From: an uncultured Bacteroidia bacterium
GTDB lineage: Bacteria > Bacteroidota > Bacteroidia > Bacteroidales > UBA932
Length of the DNA stretch: 52,608 bases
Assembly: GCA_902797115.1 (NCBI GenBank)
Contig: CADBRQ010000115.1
Location: 1 to 52,608 of the forward strand
Reading direction: 5' to 3'
Part shown: piece after piece, positions 16,352-25,500 of the stretch
How the letters are laid out: each line of letters starts with the position of its first letter
Numbering within the stretch: the first letter of the stretch is position 1
Notes under the pieces: model-generated
Databases searched by the model: none
What the model was told of the DNA's origin: nothing
The model's input: only the letters and a program-made list of their open reading frames with translations
Translations under genes and position numbers: made by a program

Positions 16352-18853
16352 CTATGCACCATAAGTATTTTTAATCTCTTCCAGTTTTTCTGAGAGAGAT
16401 ATCAAATCTGGTACCAAAGCTGCACGCGGCTTGCTTCCATCTGCAGGACCAATGATTCCTGCCCTCTCCAACTGCTCTATCAGTCTAGAAGAGCGATTAT
16501 ATCCCAAATTAAGCTTTCTTTGTAGGAAAGAGGCAGAGCCTGAGCCATTTACAACAATAAGATGAGCCGCATCGTCGAACATCTCATCTCTGCGGGAAAG
16601 ATCTGCTTCACCAATCACTCGTCCTTCAGAAATATCTCCTCCTCCTTCTTCATCTTTAACCTCCGGAAGAACCATAGCGCCGCCGTAACCTTGCTGATGC
16701 GAGATATAATCTACCACCCTCTCAACCTCCTCTGTATCTATTAAAGCACATTGAATTCGCTCCAGATCGCTGCCATTTGAGAATAACATATCTCCCCTTC
16801 CTATCAGCTGATTTGCTCCGCTCTCATCCAAAATAGCACGGGAGTCTATACTTGAACGAACCATAAAAGCAATTCTTGCAGGAAAATTCGCTTTAATATT
16901 ACCTGTAATCACATTTGCAGTAGGACGCTGAGTTGCAATCACAAGATGTATTCCAACTGCACGGGCAAGCTGAGCAAGACGGGTTAAAGGAATCTCCACA
17001 TCCTTGCCGGCACGAATAATCAAATCTGAATATTCATCTATAACTACCACTATATAAGGCATAAAACGATGCCCTTTACGTGGAGAGAGTATCCTCTGCA
17101 AGAACCTGCTGTTATACTCTTTTATATTTCTCACCCCCGCCTCTTTCAAAAGGGCATACCTGTCGTCCATTTCAACGCACAAAGAGCGCAATGTAGTTAC
17201 AACTTGGTCTGTTTCAGTAATAACCGGCTCCGATGCAACAGGACTCATTGCCAGAAAATGGTTCTCTAATTTTGAATAAAGACTCAGCTCCACCTTCTTA
17301 GGATCTACGATAACTATCTTCAGCTCAGAAGGGTGCTTGGTATATAAAAGCGATGTTATAATAGCATTCAAACCTACAGACTTTCCTTGACCTGTTGCAC
17401 CGGCAACCAACAAATGCGGCATCCTCGCAAGATCAAAGGTAAATATCTCATTTTTAATAGTTTTACCTATCGCGATAGGTAATTCATATTTAGACTCCTT
17501 AGCCCCATCCTCTTTCATCTTGGTTTGAAGGTACTCCAAACAAGAGAGCATTGAGACAACACTCGACTTTTCATTTGCCACCTCAATACCAATTGCATTT
17601 GTCCCTGGAAGCGTCACAACCCTCACACCCTTAGCACTTAATGAAAGTTGAATATCCTCCTCCAAACGCTTGATCTGAGAGACTCTCACCCCCGGAGCAG
17701 GGACAACTTCATACAGAGTTACAGTAGGACCTATTCGTGCAGAGACCTTAGAAACCCCTATCTTATAGTTAGAGAGAGTATTAACTATTTTGTTCTTGTT
17801 CCTCTCCAACTCATCGGCAGAGACTTTATACCATTTATTGCTGTAAGATTCCAAAAGATCTAATGTAGGAGCTTGATAAGAAGAGAGTTCCAAACGAGGA
17901 TCGAAAGTTCTCTGAAGTTCCTCCTCTGTGTATTCTCCAAGGAGAGAATTTCCATCCTCAGAGTTTTCTCCTTTAACTACAACCTTAATATCTTCATTTT
18001 CAGAGGATTGTTTATTTTCATATGCAGAATTATTCTCTGACTCATCCAGATCAAACTCTACCTGATTATCATTCTCAACACCTGGAACAACTTCAAATGA
18101 TTTATCCTCCGGAAGATCTTCTACCTCTGAAAGATCCTCTACCTCTGAAAGATTACTATCCTCTTGATTCTCTTCACCTTCCCTGTTTTCATCAATATCG
18201 GAGCCATCTTCGACATCTTCTCCGCTATCGGATGAAACCGGAGAAAAAGCTCTGCTGAACTTCTGAACTAAATTCTTATTAATTATTATAAGCCAGACAA
18301 TCAGAGAGATAAACAAGATTGCTCCGGTCCCGATCGGACCTATCATGCTCTTCAACCACTTTGTAATATAGTATCCGTAAGACCCTCCTGCACTTGTTCC
18401 AAAAAGGGTATCTAATTTTGTAAAGGAGAAAATAAATGAGAATAAGACCGATATTAAAATACAACCGAAAACAGTAATCAAAAAGAGTCTTAATAAATGT
18501 ATCTTTTTAATCTTTAAACAAAAGAGAGCAACGCCCAAGAAAAAGAAAGGAATAATGAAGGCTCCTATGCCAAATAATTTGGAAACCAAGAAATTGGCCC
18601 ACACCCAACCTATCTTTCCGCCACTATTCTCAACACCTTGCAAAGAGGAGAATAAATCGTTGTCCGACAGGGCGCTTTGGTCTTGAGCCCAAGTAAAAAG
18701 GTACGAAATCAGAGATACGAGAGTATAAACTGCAATTGCACCCGCTACCAAACCACATATAAGATAAAGGGCATCTTTACGGACAGGTGCCTGCATCTCC
18801 CTCTCCATTTGGTCCTTTCTTTCCAATTCCTTCTGTTTCTTAGTCTTAGCCAT
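16352..18853 (-). CDS. ftsK: DNA translocase FtsK/SpoIIIE
   Basis: 833 aa: N-terminal TM helices, an acidic low-complexity linker, Walker A LVAGATGQGKSV, and a C-terminal gamma-domain-like region (SASFLQRKLNLGYNRSSRLIEQLE). Confidence 0.93.
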   Translation of the reverse strand: MAKTKKQKELERKDQMEREMQAPVRKDALYLICGLVAGAIAVYTLVSLISYLFTWAQDQSALSDNDLFSSLQGVENSGGKIGWVWANFLVSKLFGIGAFIIPFFFLGVALFCLKIKKIHLLRLFLITVFGCILISVLFSFIFSFTKLDTLFGTSAGGSYGYYITKWLKSMIGPIGTGAILFISLIVWLIIINKNLVQKFSRAFSPVSSDSGEDVEDGSDIDENREGEENQEDSNLSEVEDLSEVEDLPEDKSFEVVPGVENDNQVEFDLDESENNSAYENKQSSENEDIKVVVKGENSEDGNSLLGEYTEEELQRTFDPRLELSSYQAPTLDLLESYSNKWYKVSADELERNKNKIVNTLSNYKIGVSKVSARIGPTVTLYEVVPAPGVRVSQIKRLEEDIQLSLSAKGVRVVTLPGTNAIGIEVANEKSSVVSMLSCLEYLQTKMKEDGAKESKYELPIAIGKTIKNEIFTFDLARMPHLLVAGATGQGKSVGLNAIITSLLYTKHPSELKIVIVDPKKVELSLYSKLENHFLAMSPVASEPVITETDQVVTTLRSLCVEMDDRYALLKEAGVRNIKEYNSRFLQRILSPRKGHRFMPYIVVVIDEYSDLIIRAGKDVEIPLTRLAQLARAVGIHLVIATQRPTANVITGNIKANFPARIAFMVRSSIDSRAILDESGANQLIGRGDMLFSNGSDLERIQCALIDTEEVERVVDYISHQQGYGGAMVLPEVKDEEGGGDISEGRVIGEADLSRRDEMFDDAAHLIVVNGSGSASFLQRKLNLGYNRSSRLIEQLERAGIIGPADGSKPRAALVPDLISLSEKLEEIKNTYGA

Positions 18854-19474
18854 CTATTTCTTATTCTTTTTTACAGCTTTCTTATTCTTGTTTTTATTCT
18901 TATTCGATTTTTGCTGAACAGCAACTCCACTCCCGATATGCACATCTTCCGGAACAATCACTTTCCCTCCGCTCAGCAATTTAATATCTTCAAATATCGT
19001 CTCCTCAGCCACTGAATCTTTATTCCAGATAAGGTATTGCTGTTTCATATACGATGCAATCACCTTTATCATATATTTTTTCACCTCATCGTCCTCTCTT
19101 TGAGCAATTAAGTCTATCATATTCTGAATGTTACGACCGTAGCAAGCTAATCTGATACGCTCTTGCTCAAGAGGAATTTTATTTGGTGGAGCCTGAATTG
19201 TCTCCTTTGTCGGGAGGGGATATGGAGAGTCTATATCTATTTTGAAATCAGATATTATCTGTACATGGTCCCACAATTTATGACGAAAGTCGGGTGTATC
19301 TCTCAACTGCGGATTAAGAGTACCCATAACGGCTATAACAGCCCTTACCTGCTCATTTCTTTTCTCTTTATCCGGAATTGAAGCTACATAGTTTATCATA
19401 TCTTGAACATGACGTCCATACTCGGGAAGGATTAATTTCTCCCTTTGAGTGTTGTAATTCTTGTTATCCTCCAT
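18854..19474 (-). CDS. DUF4290-like protein
   Basis: 206 aa. LPEYGRHVQDMINY and a second YGRNIQNMIDL repeat fit the DUF4290 pattern as I remember it. Lys/Asn-rich tail. The stop abuts the ftsK ATG. Confidence 0.6.
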   Translation of the reverse strand: MEDNKNYNTQREKLILPEYGRHVQDMINYVASIPDKEKRNEQVRAVIAVMGTLNPQLRDTPDFRHKLWDHVQIISDFKIDIDSPYPLPTKETIQAPPNKIPLEQERIRLACYGRNIQNMIDLIAQREDDEVKKYMIKVIASYMKQQYLIWNKDSVAEETIFEDIKLLSGGKVIVPEDVHIGSGVAVQQKSNKNKNKNKKAVKKNKK

Positions 19475-19523
19475 AATAGTGCGAAGTTACAAAATTAAGT
19501 GATATGAAACTCTCAAAAAGGGT

Positions 19524-19552
19524 AAAAAAAAGAGCGGGGAATTAACCCGCTC
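19524..19552 (-). terminator. rho-independent terminator after the OmpA-like gene
   Basis: Minus strand: GAGCGGG-TTAATTC-CCCGCTC followed by T8 (plus-strand A run 19524-19531). Confidence 0.75.
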
Positions 19553-19576
19553 CTTTTTCTCTTTAAAATTTATCTA

Positions 19577-20947
19577 TTAAAGGCTCTCGAAAGCTTTAAG
19601 AGCTGCATTTGCTTTAGAAACAGTGCTCTTAGCTTTGTTGAAGTAATCCTTAGCAGCAGCGTAGTTTCCGCTGAGAGTCTCAAGGATACCTTTAGCGTAA
19701 GCTGCCTCGTTAGAGTTACCGGCTTTGTTAAGATAATTTCTTGCTGCAACCAAGTCACCTACGCTCAAAGCTGCGTTAGCTGCGTTAAGATTAGCAACCT
19801 CGCTATCTGGATAGAATTTGAGAGCTGTGTTGATAATCTGGTTGAACTCAGATGAACCAGGTTTGTATTGATTAGCTGCAGTGAAGAACTCGTTGAGAGA
19901 AAGTTTCTCAGGTTGAGTCTTAACATACTCAAGTATCTTAGCAACGTCTGTGAAGTTCTCTACCTCATAGTCTACGCAGTAGTCTGCTCTACGAAGAGTA
20001 GGATAGCACTCGTTAAGGATTGTTGCATAATCTTGAGGGAATTGAGCTTTGATAGCTTTCTCTTTAGCATCAACATCAAGATCACCATTGATAATATCAA
20101 GGATAGCAGCTTTGTTATCAAGGTTAGAGTTCTCTACCCAAGCTGCAAAGCCATCCCAATCCTCAGCCTCGAAAGAAGTCTCGATCTCAACACCACCAAG
20201 TTGTTTAGAGATGTATTTGGTCAAAGTCTCTGTACGACCTTTAGCAAGTTTAGCATTGTGGCTCATTGAACCCTCTGGAGAAGCGTAACCTTTAATAGAG
20301 ATGTTCTTAACTTTGTTATCAGCATCGTTCTTAACACTCTCGATAAGAGCTACGATATTGTCTAACTCAGCTTTGTTGTTTCTGAAGTTAGGAAGAAGGT
20401 TAGTTTGGTTAACTTTATACTCTACTTTAGCGCAACCTTTCTCTGTACGCTCTTTTGCAATCTCAGCTTTAGGTTGAACATAAAGGAAATCAGGAGTATA
20501 AGTGAACTCTTTCTTCTTGAATTGACCAAGAGTAGCAAGATCTGTGCTTGTAAGCTCACCGCAGCAAGCATAGCATTTTTTCTCAACTACAAGGTTAGCA
20601 CCGTTCATCCAATCCTCGTAAGGAATAGAAGTGTTAACATTGTAAGTAGAAGGAGCATCTGATACTTTGTATGCGTTTTGTCCAAGAAGACCGTTACGAA
20701 GTGCATAGTAGTAGTTGTTGCGACCAAGAATTGAAATCTCACCAAGTTCTTTAGACTTGTTACCGTTAACTAATTTAGGAACCAAAGTAACAGCACGTCT
20801 TGAAGCAACTGAAAGATCTGAAAGATCTGTATTGAAAGCAACGTTAAGAGCGTTTCCAACTTTCTCTAAATTAACGTTATTGTAAGTTTGAGCATTTGCA
20901 CAAGCAAATCCAAAAACTAAAGCTGCAAGTAATATATATTTTCTCAT
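19577..20947 (-). CDS. OmpA-like outer-membrane protein with C-terminal TPR-like repeats
   Basis: Signal peptide. OmpA-C-like segment IKGYASPEGSMSHNAKLAKGRTETLTKYI. Ala-rich helical repeats at the C-terminus. Paired with the upstream DUF3575 gene. Confidence 0.7.
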   Translation of the reverse strand: MRKYILLAALVFGFACANAQTYNNVNLEKVGNALNVAFNTDLSDLSVASRRAVTLVPKLVNGNKSKELGEISILGRNNYYYALRNGLLGQNAYKVSDAPSTYNVNTSIPYEDWMNGANLVVEKKCYACCGELTSTDLATLGQFKKKEFTYTPDFLYVQPKAEIAKERTEKGCAKVEYKVNQTNLLPNFRNNKAELDNIVALIESVKNDADNKVKNISIKGYASPEGSMSHNAKLAKGRTETLTKYISKQLGGVEIETSFEAEDWDGFAAWVENSNLDNKAAILDIINGDLDVDAKEKAIKAQFPQDYATILNECYPTLRRADYCVDYEVENFTDVAKILEYVKTQPEKLSLNEFFTAANQYKPGSSEFNQIINTALKFYPDSEVANLNAANAALSVGDLVAARNYLNKAGNSNEAAYAKGILETLSGNYAAAKDYFNKAKSTVSKANAALKAFESL

Positions 20948-20985
20948 AATTTCTTAAACTTCTAAATTATTGTATAATCCGTTAA

Positions 20986-21636
20986 TTAAAATACATAAAC
21001 TAATGATATAGCAGCTTTTGTAGGACCTGCATACCACTCAACTACATGACTATCGGTTGCAGGGAATTTTTTATGATCAGGCTCTCTCTTGTAAAGCTCA
21101 TACTCTGGCTCACCGAAACGTGTAGGTTTTGCTATGTATCTGTCATAGTAGTTTCTCATAACACCTAAAGCAAGCTCAAACTCTAAATTCCAATGTTTAG
21201 AAAGTACCCAGCTATAACCATAACCAAGACCTACTCCCCAAGACCAACCTTTAGCTCTACCCTCTTTTAGTGTTTTCCACTCGTGCTCCCACATTTTCTT
21301 TCCATCGAAAAGTTTAATGTTACTGAAGTCTGCATCGAGAACGTATGTTCCTTGAAGTGCAAAGAAGTGACCTGCAAAACGGTTACAAGTCCAATAACGA
21401 AGCTCAGGTTGAACACCTGCTATTTTCCATCTTTTACCATCTTTCCAAGTGAATGGGTTGTACATTCCCTCAATGTTTAAAGTCCATTTAGGTGCCAAAC
21501 CAAACTCAATACCAAGATTGATGGTTCCTGTTGCATCATAGAGCAAGTTGTTCTTGATAGCAACTTTCTGACCTTGTGCGTTGTTTGCAAATGCTAATCC
21601 TATGAAGAGGATTGCGACAAAAAGAAATTTTTTCAT
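20986..21636 (-). CDS. DUF3575-like outer-membrane beta-barrel protein
   Basis: Signal peptide, then KNNLLYDATGTINLGIEFGL, the characteristic DUF3575 opening, and an aromatic C-terminal residue. Confidence 0.7.
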   Translation of the reverse strand: MKKFLFVAILFIGLAFANNAQGQKVAIKNNLLYDATGTINLGIEFGLAPKWTLNIEGMYNPFTWKDGKRWKIAGVQPELRYWTCNRFAGHFFALQGTYVLDADFSNIKLFDGKKMWEHEWKTLKEGRAKGWSWGVGLGYGYSWVLSKHWNLEFELALGVMRNYYDRYIAKPTRFGEPEYELYKREPDHKKFPATDSHVVEWYAGPTKAAISLVYVF

Positions 21637-21686
21637 TTAATTAAATGTAAATTAAGTTAATAATTAATTAGTTCATTTTTAAGTAG

Positions 21687-21759
<73 letters not shown>

Positions 21760-21790
21760 TTAAAAACGGCACAAATATAGTTATTATTCT

Positions 21791-23167
21791 TTAATTGCCA
21801 AAAAAATTGAGCATTTTTTCTGCTAAATTTTTAACATTTACTCTCTCTTGCATACCTGTTTCCAAATTCTTAATATTCAGATACCCCCCATTAACCTCCT
21901 CTTCTCCTACAATTGCAAGAAATTTAACCCCATTTTTCTCTGCATATTCAAATTGTTTTTTTAGTTTGGTTGTTTGCGGATAGAGCTCACAGCTTATTCC
22001 GGCTTTTCTAAGCAACTGAATCTGGGTCAGAGAGAAATTTATAACAGATTCATCCATGTTGGAGAAGAGTATCTGTGTTGTTTCAGAGCATTTTGCAGGA
22101 AATTTATCGAGACCTAAAAGGACATCATAAATTCTGTCTGCTCCAAAAGATATTCCCACACCCGAGACATCCGGCAATCCGAAAATACCGGTCAGATTAT
22201 CATAACGCCCTCCTCCACAAATACTTCCAATCTCAAAATCCAGCGCCTTTACTTCAAAAATAGCACCTGTATAGTAGTTGAGTCCACGAGCCAAAGAGAG
22301 GTCCAACTCTACTAAATTATTGAGAGACAGCCCTTTAATTATATCGAGAATAAACTCAACCTCTTGAATACCCTTGAGACCTATCTCTGAATTACTTACA
22401 ACTTCTTTGAGCAGAGAGAGTTTCTCAGATGAAGAACCTTGTGCTAAAAGGAGCGGCTCCAGAATATTAATAGCTTTCTCCTCAATTCCGGAACCTCTCA
22501 ACTCCTCTTTTACACTCTCAAGCCCTATCTTCTCTATTTTATCTATCGCGATGGTTATCTCAACTAATTTTTCCGGACATCCCATCACATCTGCAAGCGC
22601 CTGTAAAATCTTTCTGTTGTTAATTTTGATGAGGACTCTTATACCAAACTTTGTAAATACTTCATCTACAATCTGTATCAGCTCTACCTCATTAAGGAGT
22701 GATGTACTCCCCACAACATCTACATCGCACTGATAGAACTCTCTGTAACGCCCTTTCTGGGGACGGTCTGCTCTCCAGACAGGCTGAATCTGAAACCGTT
22801 TAAAAGGGAATGTTAATTCATTTCTGTGCAAAACCACATAGCGGGCAAAAGGAACTGTCAGGTCATATCTGAGCCCCTTTTCGCAAACTTTAAGAGAGAG
22901 AGCATTACTGTTCTCAAGTTCTTCTGGCAGCACCCCCTCAAAAGCATTGCCGCTATTCAAAACCTTAAATAGGAGCTTATCCCCCTCTGTACCATATTTT
23001 CCAAGCAGAGTTGTCAGATTTTCCAATGAAGGAGTCTGTATCTCCTTGTACCCGCATTTTCTGAACACACTCTTGACTACATCAAAAATGTAGTTCCTTC
23101 TCCCCATTTCTATAGGGGAAAAGTCTCGCATACCTTTAGGAATTGATGGTTTCTGTGCACTCCCCAT
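21791..23167 (-). CDS. hisS: histidine--tRNA ligase
   Basis: 458 aa with [36 protein letters not shown] and GGGRYD motifs. Confidence 0.93.
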   Translation of the reverse strand: MGSAQKPSIPKGMRDFSPIEMGRRNYIFDVVKSVFRKCGYKEIQTPSLENLTTLLGKYGTEGDKLLFKVLNSGNAFEGVLPEELENSNALSLKVCEKGLRYDLTVPFARYVVLHRNELTFPFKRFQIQPVWRADRPQKGRYREFYQCDVDVVGSTSLLNEVELIQIVDEVFTKFGIRVLIKINNRKILQALADVMGCPEKLVEITIAIDKIEKIGLESVKEELRGSGIEEKAINILEPLLLAQGSSSEKLSLLKEVVSNSEIGLKGIQEVEFILDIIKGLSLNNLVELDLSLARGLNYYTGAIFEVKALDFEIGSICGGGRYDNLTGIFGLPDVSGVGISFGADRIYDVLLGLDKFPAKCSETTQILFSNMDESVINFSLTQIQLLRKAGISCELYPQTTKLKKQFEYAEKNGVKFLAIVGEEEVNGGYLNIKNLETGMQERVNVKNLAEKMLNFFGN

Positions 23168-23168
23168 T

Positions 23169-24572
23169 TTATAATCCCTTTATATATTTATCTATTTGTG
23201 CAGCTGCATGCCTCCCTTCTCCCATAGCGAGGATTACTGTTGCAGCACCGGTAACAACATCGCCGCCTGCAAAAACTCCAGGACGAGAAGAGGCAGTTTC
23301 ATTAGTTACAATTCTTCCCTTTCTATCGGTTTCCAAACCAGGTGTGGTAGAAGCAATTAAAGTATTGATTTTTGTACCTAAAGCAACTATCACGGCATCT
23401 GTTTCTATCTCAAATTCAGAGCCTTGTATAGGTTCAGGACGGCGTCTGCCGCTCTCATCCGGCTCACCCAGCTCCATTCTTACACACTTTATACTCTTAA
23501 CCCAACCATTCTCATCGCCGATCACTTCGGTAGGATTTGTCAAAAATTCGAACTCTATCCCCTCCTCCATTGCATGGTGTATCTCCTCTCTTCTGGCAGG
23601 AAGTTCCTGCTCTCCTCGGCGATAAACTACTGTAACCTTTGAACCGCATCTGAGAGCTGTTCTGGCAGCATCCATTGCAACATTTCCTCCACCAACCACG
23701 CATACTCTCTCTCCTATGAAAATAGGTGTGGTAGAGCCCTTTTCAAACGCCCTCATAAGATTGCTTCTTGTAAGATATTCGTTTGCAGAAAATACTCCGT
23801 TCAAATTCTCGCCTTCTACCCCAAGGAACATAGGAAGTCCTGCCCCGGAACCTACAAAAACAGCTTTAAATCCTTCTTTATCAAGAAGTTGATCTATAGT
23901 AACCGTTCTCCCCACAAGTACATCTGTCTCAATCTTAATACCCATATCAACAAGTTTTCCAATCTCCTTCTCAACTACATCCTTTTTAGGGAGACGGAAC
24001 TCAGGAATACCATAAGTGAGAACACCGCCAGGGGTGTGGAGCGATTCAAAAATTGTTACTGCATAACCCATATTTGCTAGGTCGTATGCGCAAGCCAAAC
24101 CGGCAGGACCGCTCCCCACAACAGCTACTTTAATTTTATTATCTGATTGATTGTCTGTCGCTTTCTTCTCTTTACAGCTACACTCTTTTTTCTTCGATTG
24201 AGTGTAATCTGCCACAAAGCGCTCGAGTTTTCCTATTGCAACCGGCTGCCCCTTGACTCCAAGAATACAAGAGCCCTCACACTGAGTCTCCTGAGGACAA
24301 ACTCTCCCGCAAATTGCTGCAAGAGAGCTATCTTTAGATATGATATCCATAGCCCCTTCAAAATCTTCAGCCGCCACAGCTGAAATAAATTGTGGAATCT
24401 GTATGTTTACAGGACAAGCGGCCACGCACCTTGGTACTTTACAATTAAGACATCTGGATGCCTCAAGGGTTGCTTCAGCAGCGTTATAACCATAACAAAC
24501 CTCATTAAAATTAGTAGCTCTAACTTTAGGGTCCTGCTCTCTGACCGGTACTCTATCTATTTTATTTGCCAT
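23169..24572 (-). CDS. NADPH-dependent glutamate-synthase small-chain-like oxidoreductase (NfnB-type)
   Basis: 467 aa with N-terminal Cys clusters ([25 protein letters not shown]) and two Rossmann motifs ([24 protein letters not shown]). Confidence 0.85.
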   Translation of the reverse strand: MANKIDRVPVREQDPKVRATNFNEVCYGYNAAEATLEASRCLNCKVPRCVAACPVNIQIPQFISAVAAEDFEGAMDIISKDSSLAAICGRVCPQETQCEGSCILGVKGQPVAIGKLERFVADYTQSKKKECSCKEKKATDNQSDNKIKVAVVGSGPAGLACAYDLANMGYAVTIFESLHTPGGVLTYGIPEFRLPKKDVVEKEIGKLVDMGIKIETDVLVGRTVTIDQLLDKEGFKAVFVGSGAGLPMFLGVEGENLNGVFSANEYLTRSNLMRAFEKGSTTPIFIGERVCVVGGGNVAMDAARTALRCGSKVTVVYRRGEQELPARREEIHHAMEEGIEFEFLTNPTEVIGDENGWVKSIKCVRMELGEPDESGRRRPEPIQGSEFEIETDAVIVALGTKINTLIASTTPGLETDRKGRIVTNETASSRPGVFAGGDVVTGAATVILAMGEGRHAAAQIDKYIKGL

Positions 24573-24639
24573 TACTATCTGTTTTTAGGTTTTTACACTA
24601 TATTTAATCTCTCTACAAATTAATTTGCCTTGTCCAAAC

Positions 24640-25500
24640 TTATCTTACTAAAAGATGTTCTATCTGCAAATCCTTATTTGCCTGAGTCTCAAAGCTCTTA
24701 TACAATCTCTGACGACGCATTGCCTCATCATAATCTACAAGATATCCGTCAAATTCAGGCCCATCTACACAGGCAAATTTTGTCTCTCCTCCTACACTCA
24801 CTCTGCAAGCTCCGCACATTCCTGTTCCATCTACCATTATAGAGTTGAGACTCACGGTTATAGGGAGGGCAAGCTTTTTAGCTGTCAAACTTGCAAATTT
24901 CATCATAATCATAGGACCTATGGCAATACTCATGTCATATTTATTCCCCTCAGCAACAAGGCGTTCCATAACTAATGTAACAACTCCCTTCTCCCCTTTT
25001 GAACCATCATCTGTACAAACATATAAGTTTGAGCAAACCTCTTTAAGTTTATCCTCTAATATTATGAGGTCTTTATTTCTTGCACCCAAAATCACATCTA
25101 CATCTACACCTTTTTCGTGCAAATACTTAACCTGAGGATAGATAGGAGCAGCTCCAACTCCACCTGCAATAAAGAGGTATTTTTTATTCTTTAACTCTTC
25201 TGATGTAAACTCCACAAATTCAGAAGGTTTTCCAAGCGGACCTAAAACATTTTCCATAAAATCTCCCTCTTTAAGAGAACATATTTTATAAGAAGATGCT
25301 CCAACTATCTGAACCACAATGGCTACCATTCCTGTTTGAGGGTTGTAATCACAGATGGTAAGAGGGATTCTTTCCCCTTTTTGAGTATCTCTAACTATCA
25401 GAAACTGACCGGGAAGAGCACTCTTTGCAAGTCTTGGGGCCTCAAGCTCTATATAGTGAATTAGAGGTGTAAGAGGCTCGTTCTTAATTATTTTGTACAT
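24640..25500 (-). CDS. sulfide/dihydroorotate-dehydrogenase-like FAD/NAD-binding subunit (PyrK/NfnA-type)
   Basis: 286 aa with a ferredoxin-reductase-type fold pattern (RIPLTI, IAGGVGAAP) and a C-terminal 2Fe-2S Cys cluster (DGTGMCGACRV...FACVDGP). Confidence 0.85.
   Translation of the reverse strand: MYKIIKNEPLTPLIHYIELEAPRLAKSALPGQFLIVRDTQKGERIPLTICDYNPQTGMVAIVVQIVGASSYKICSLKEGDFMENVLGPLGKPSEFVEFTSEELKNKKYLFIAGGVGAAPIYPQVKYLHEKGVDVDVILGARNKDLIILEDKLKEVCSNLYVCTDDGSKGEKGVVTLVMERLVAEGNKYDMSIAIGPMIMMKFASLTAKKLALPITVSLNSIMVDGTGMCGACRVSVGGETKFACVDGPEFDGYLVDYDEAMRRQRLYKSFETQANKDLQIEHLLVR

Noticed and set aside
18118-18153. 18-bp tandem duplication in ftsK (CTTCTACCTCTGAAAGAT / CCTCTACCTCTGAAAGAT, encoding SEVEDL SEVEDL).
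   Set aside because: It lies in the acidic low-complexity linker of FtsK, where length variation is common and functionally neutral. It is not a separate feature.
23143-23625. 160-aa plus-strand ORF antisense to the GltD-like gene.
   Set aside because: It is a Ser/Pro-rich shadow frame of a well-supported gene.
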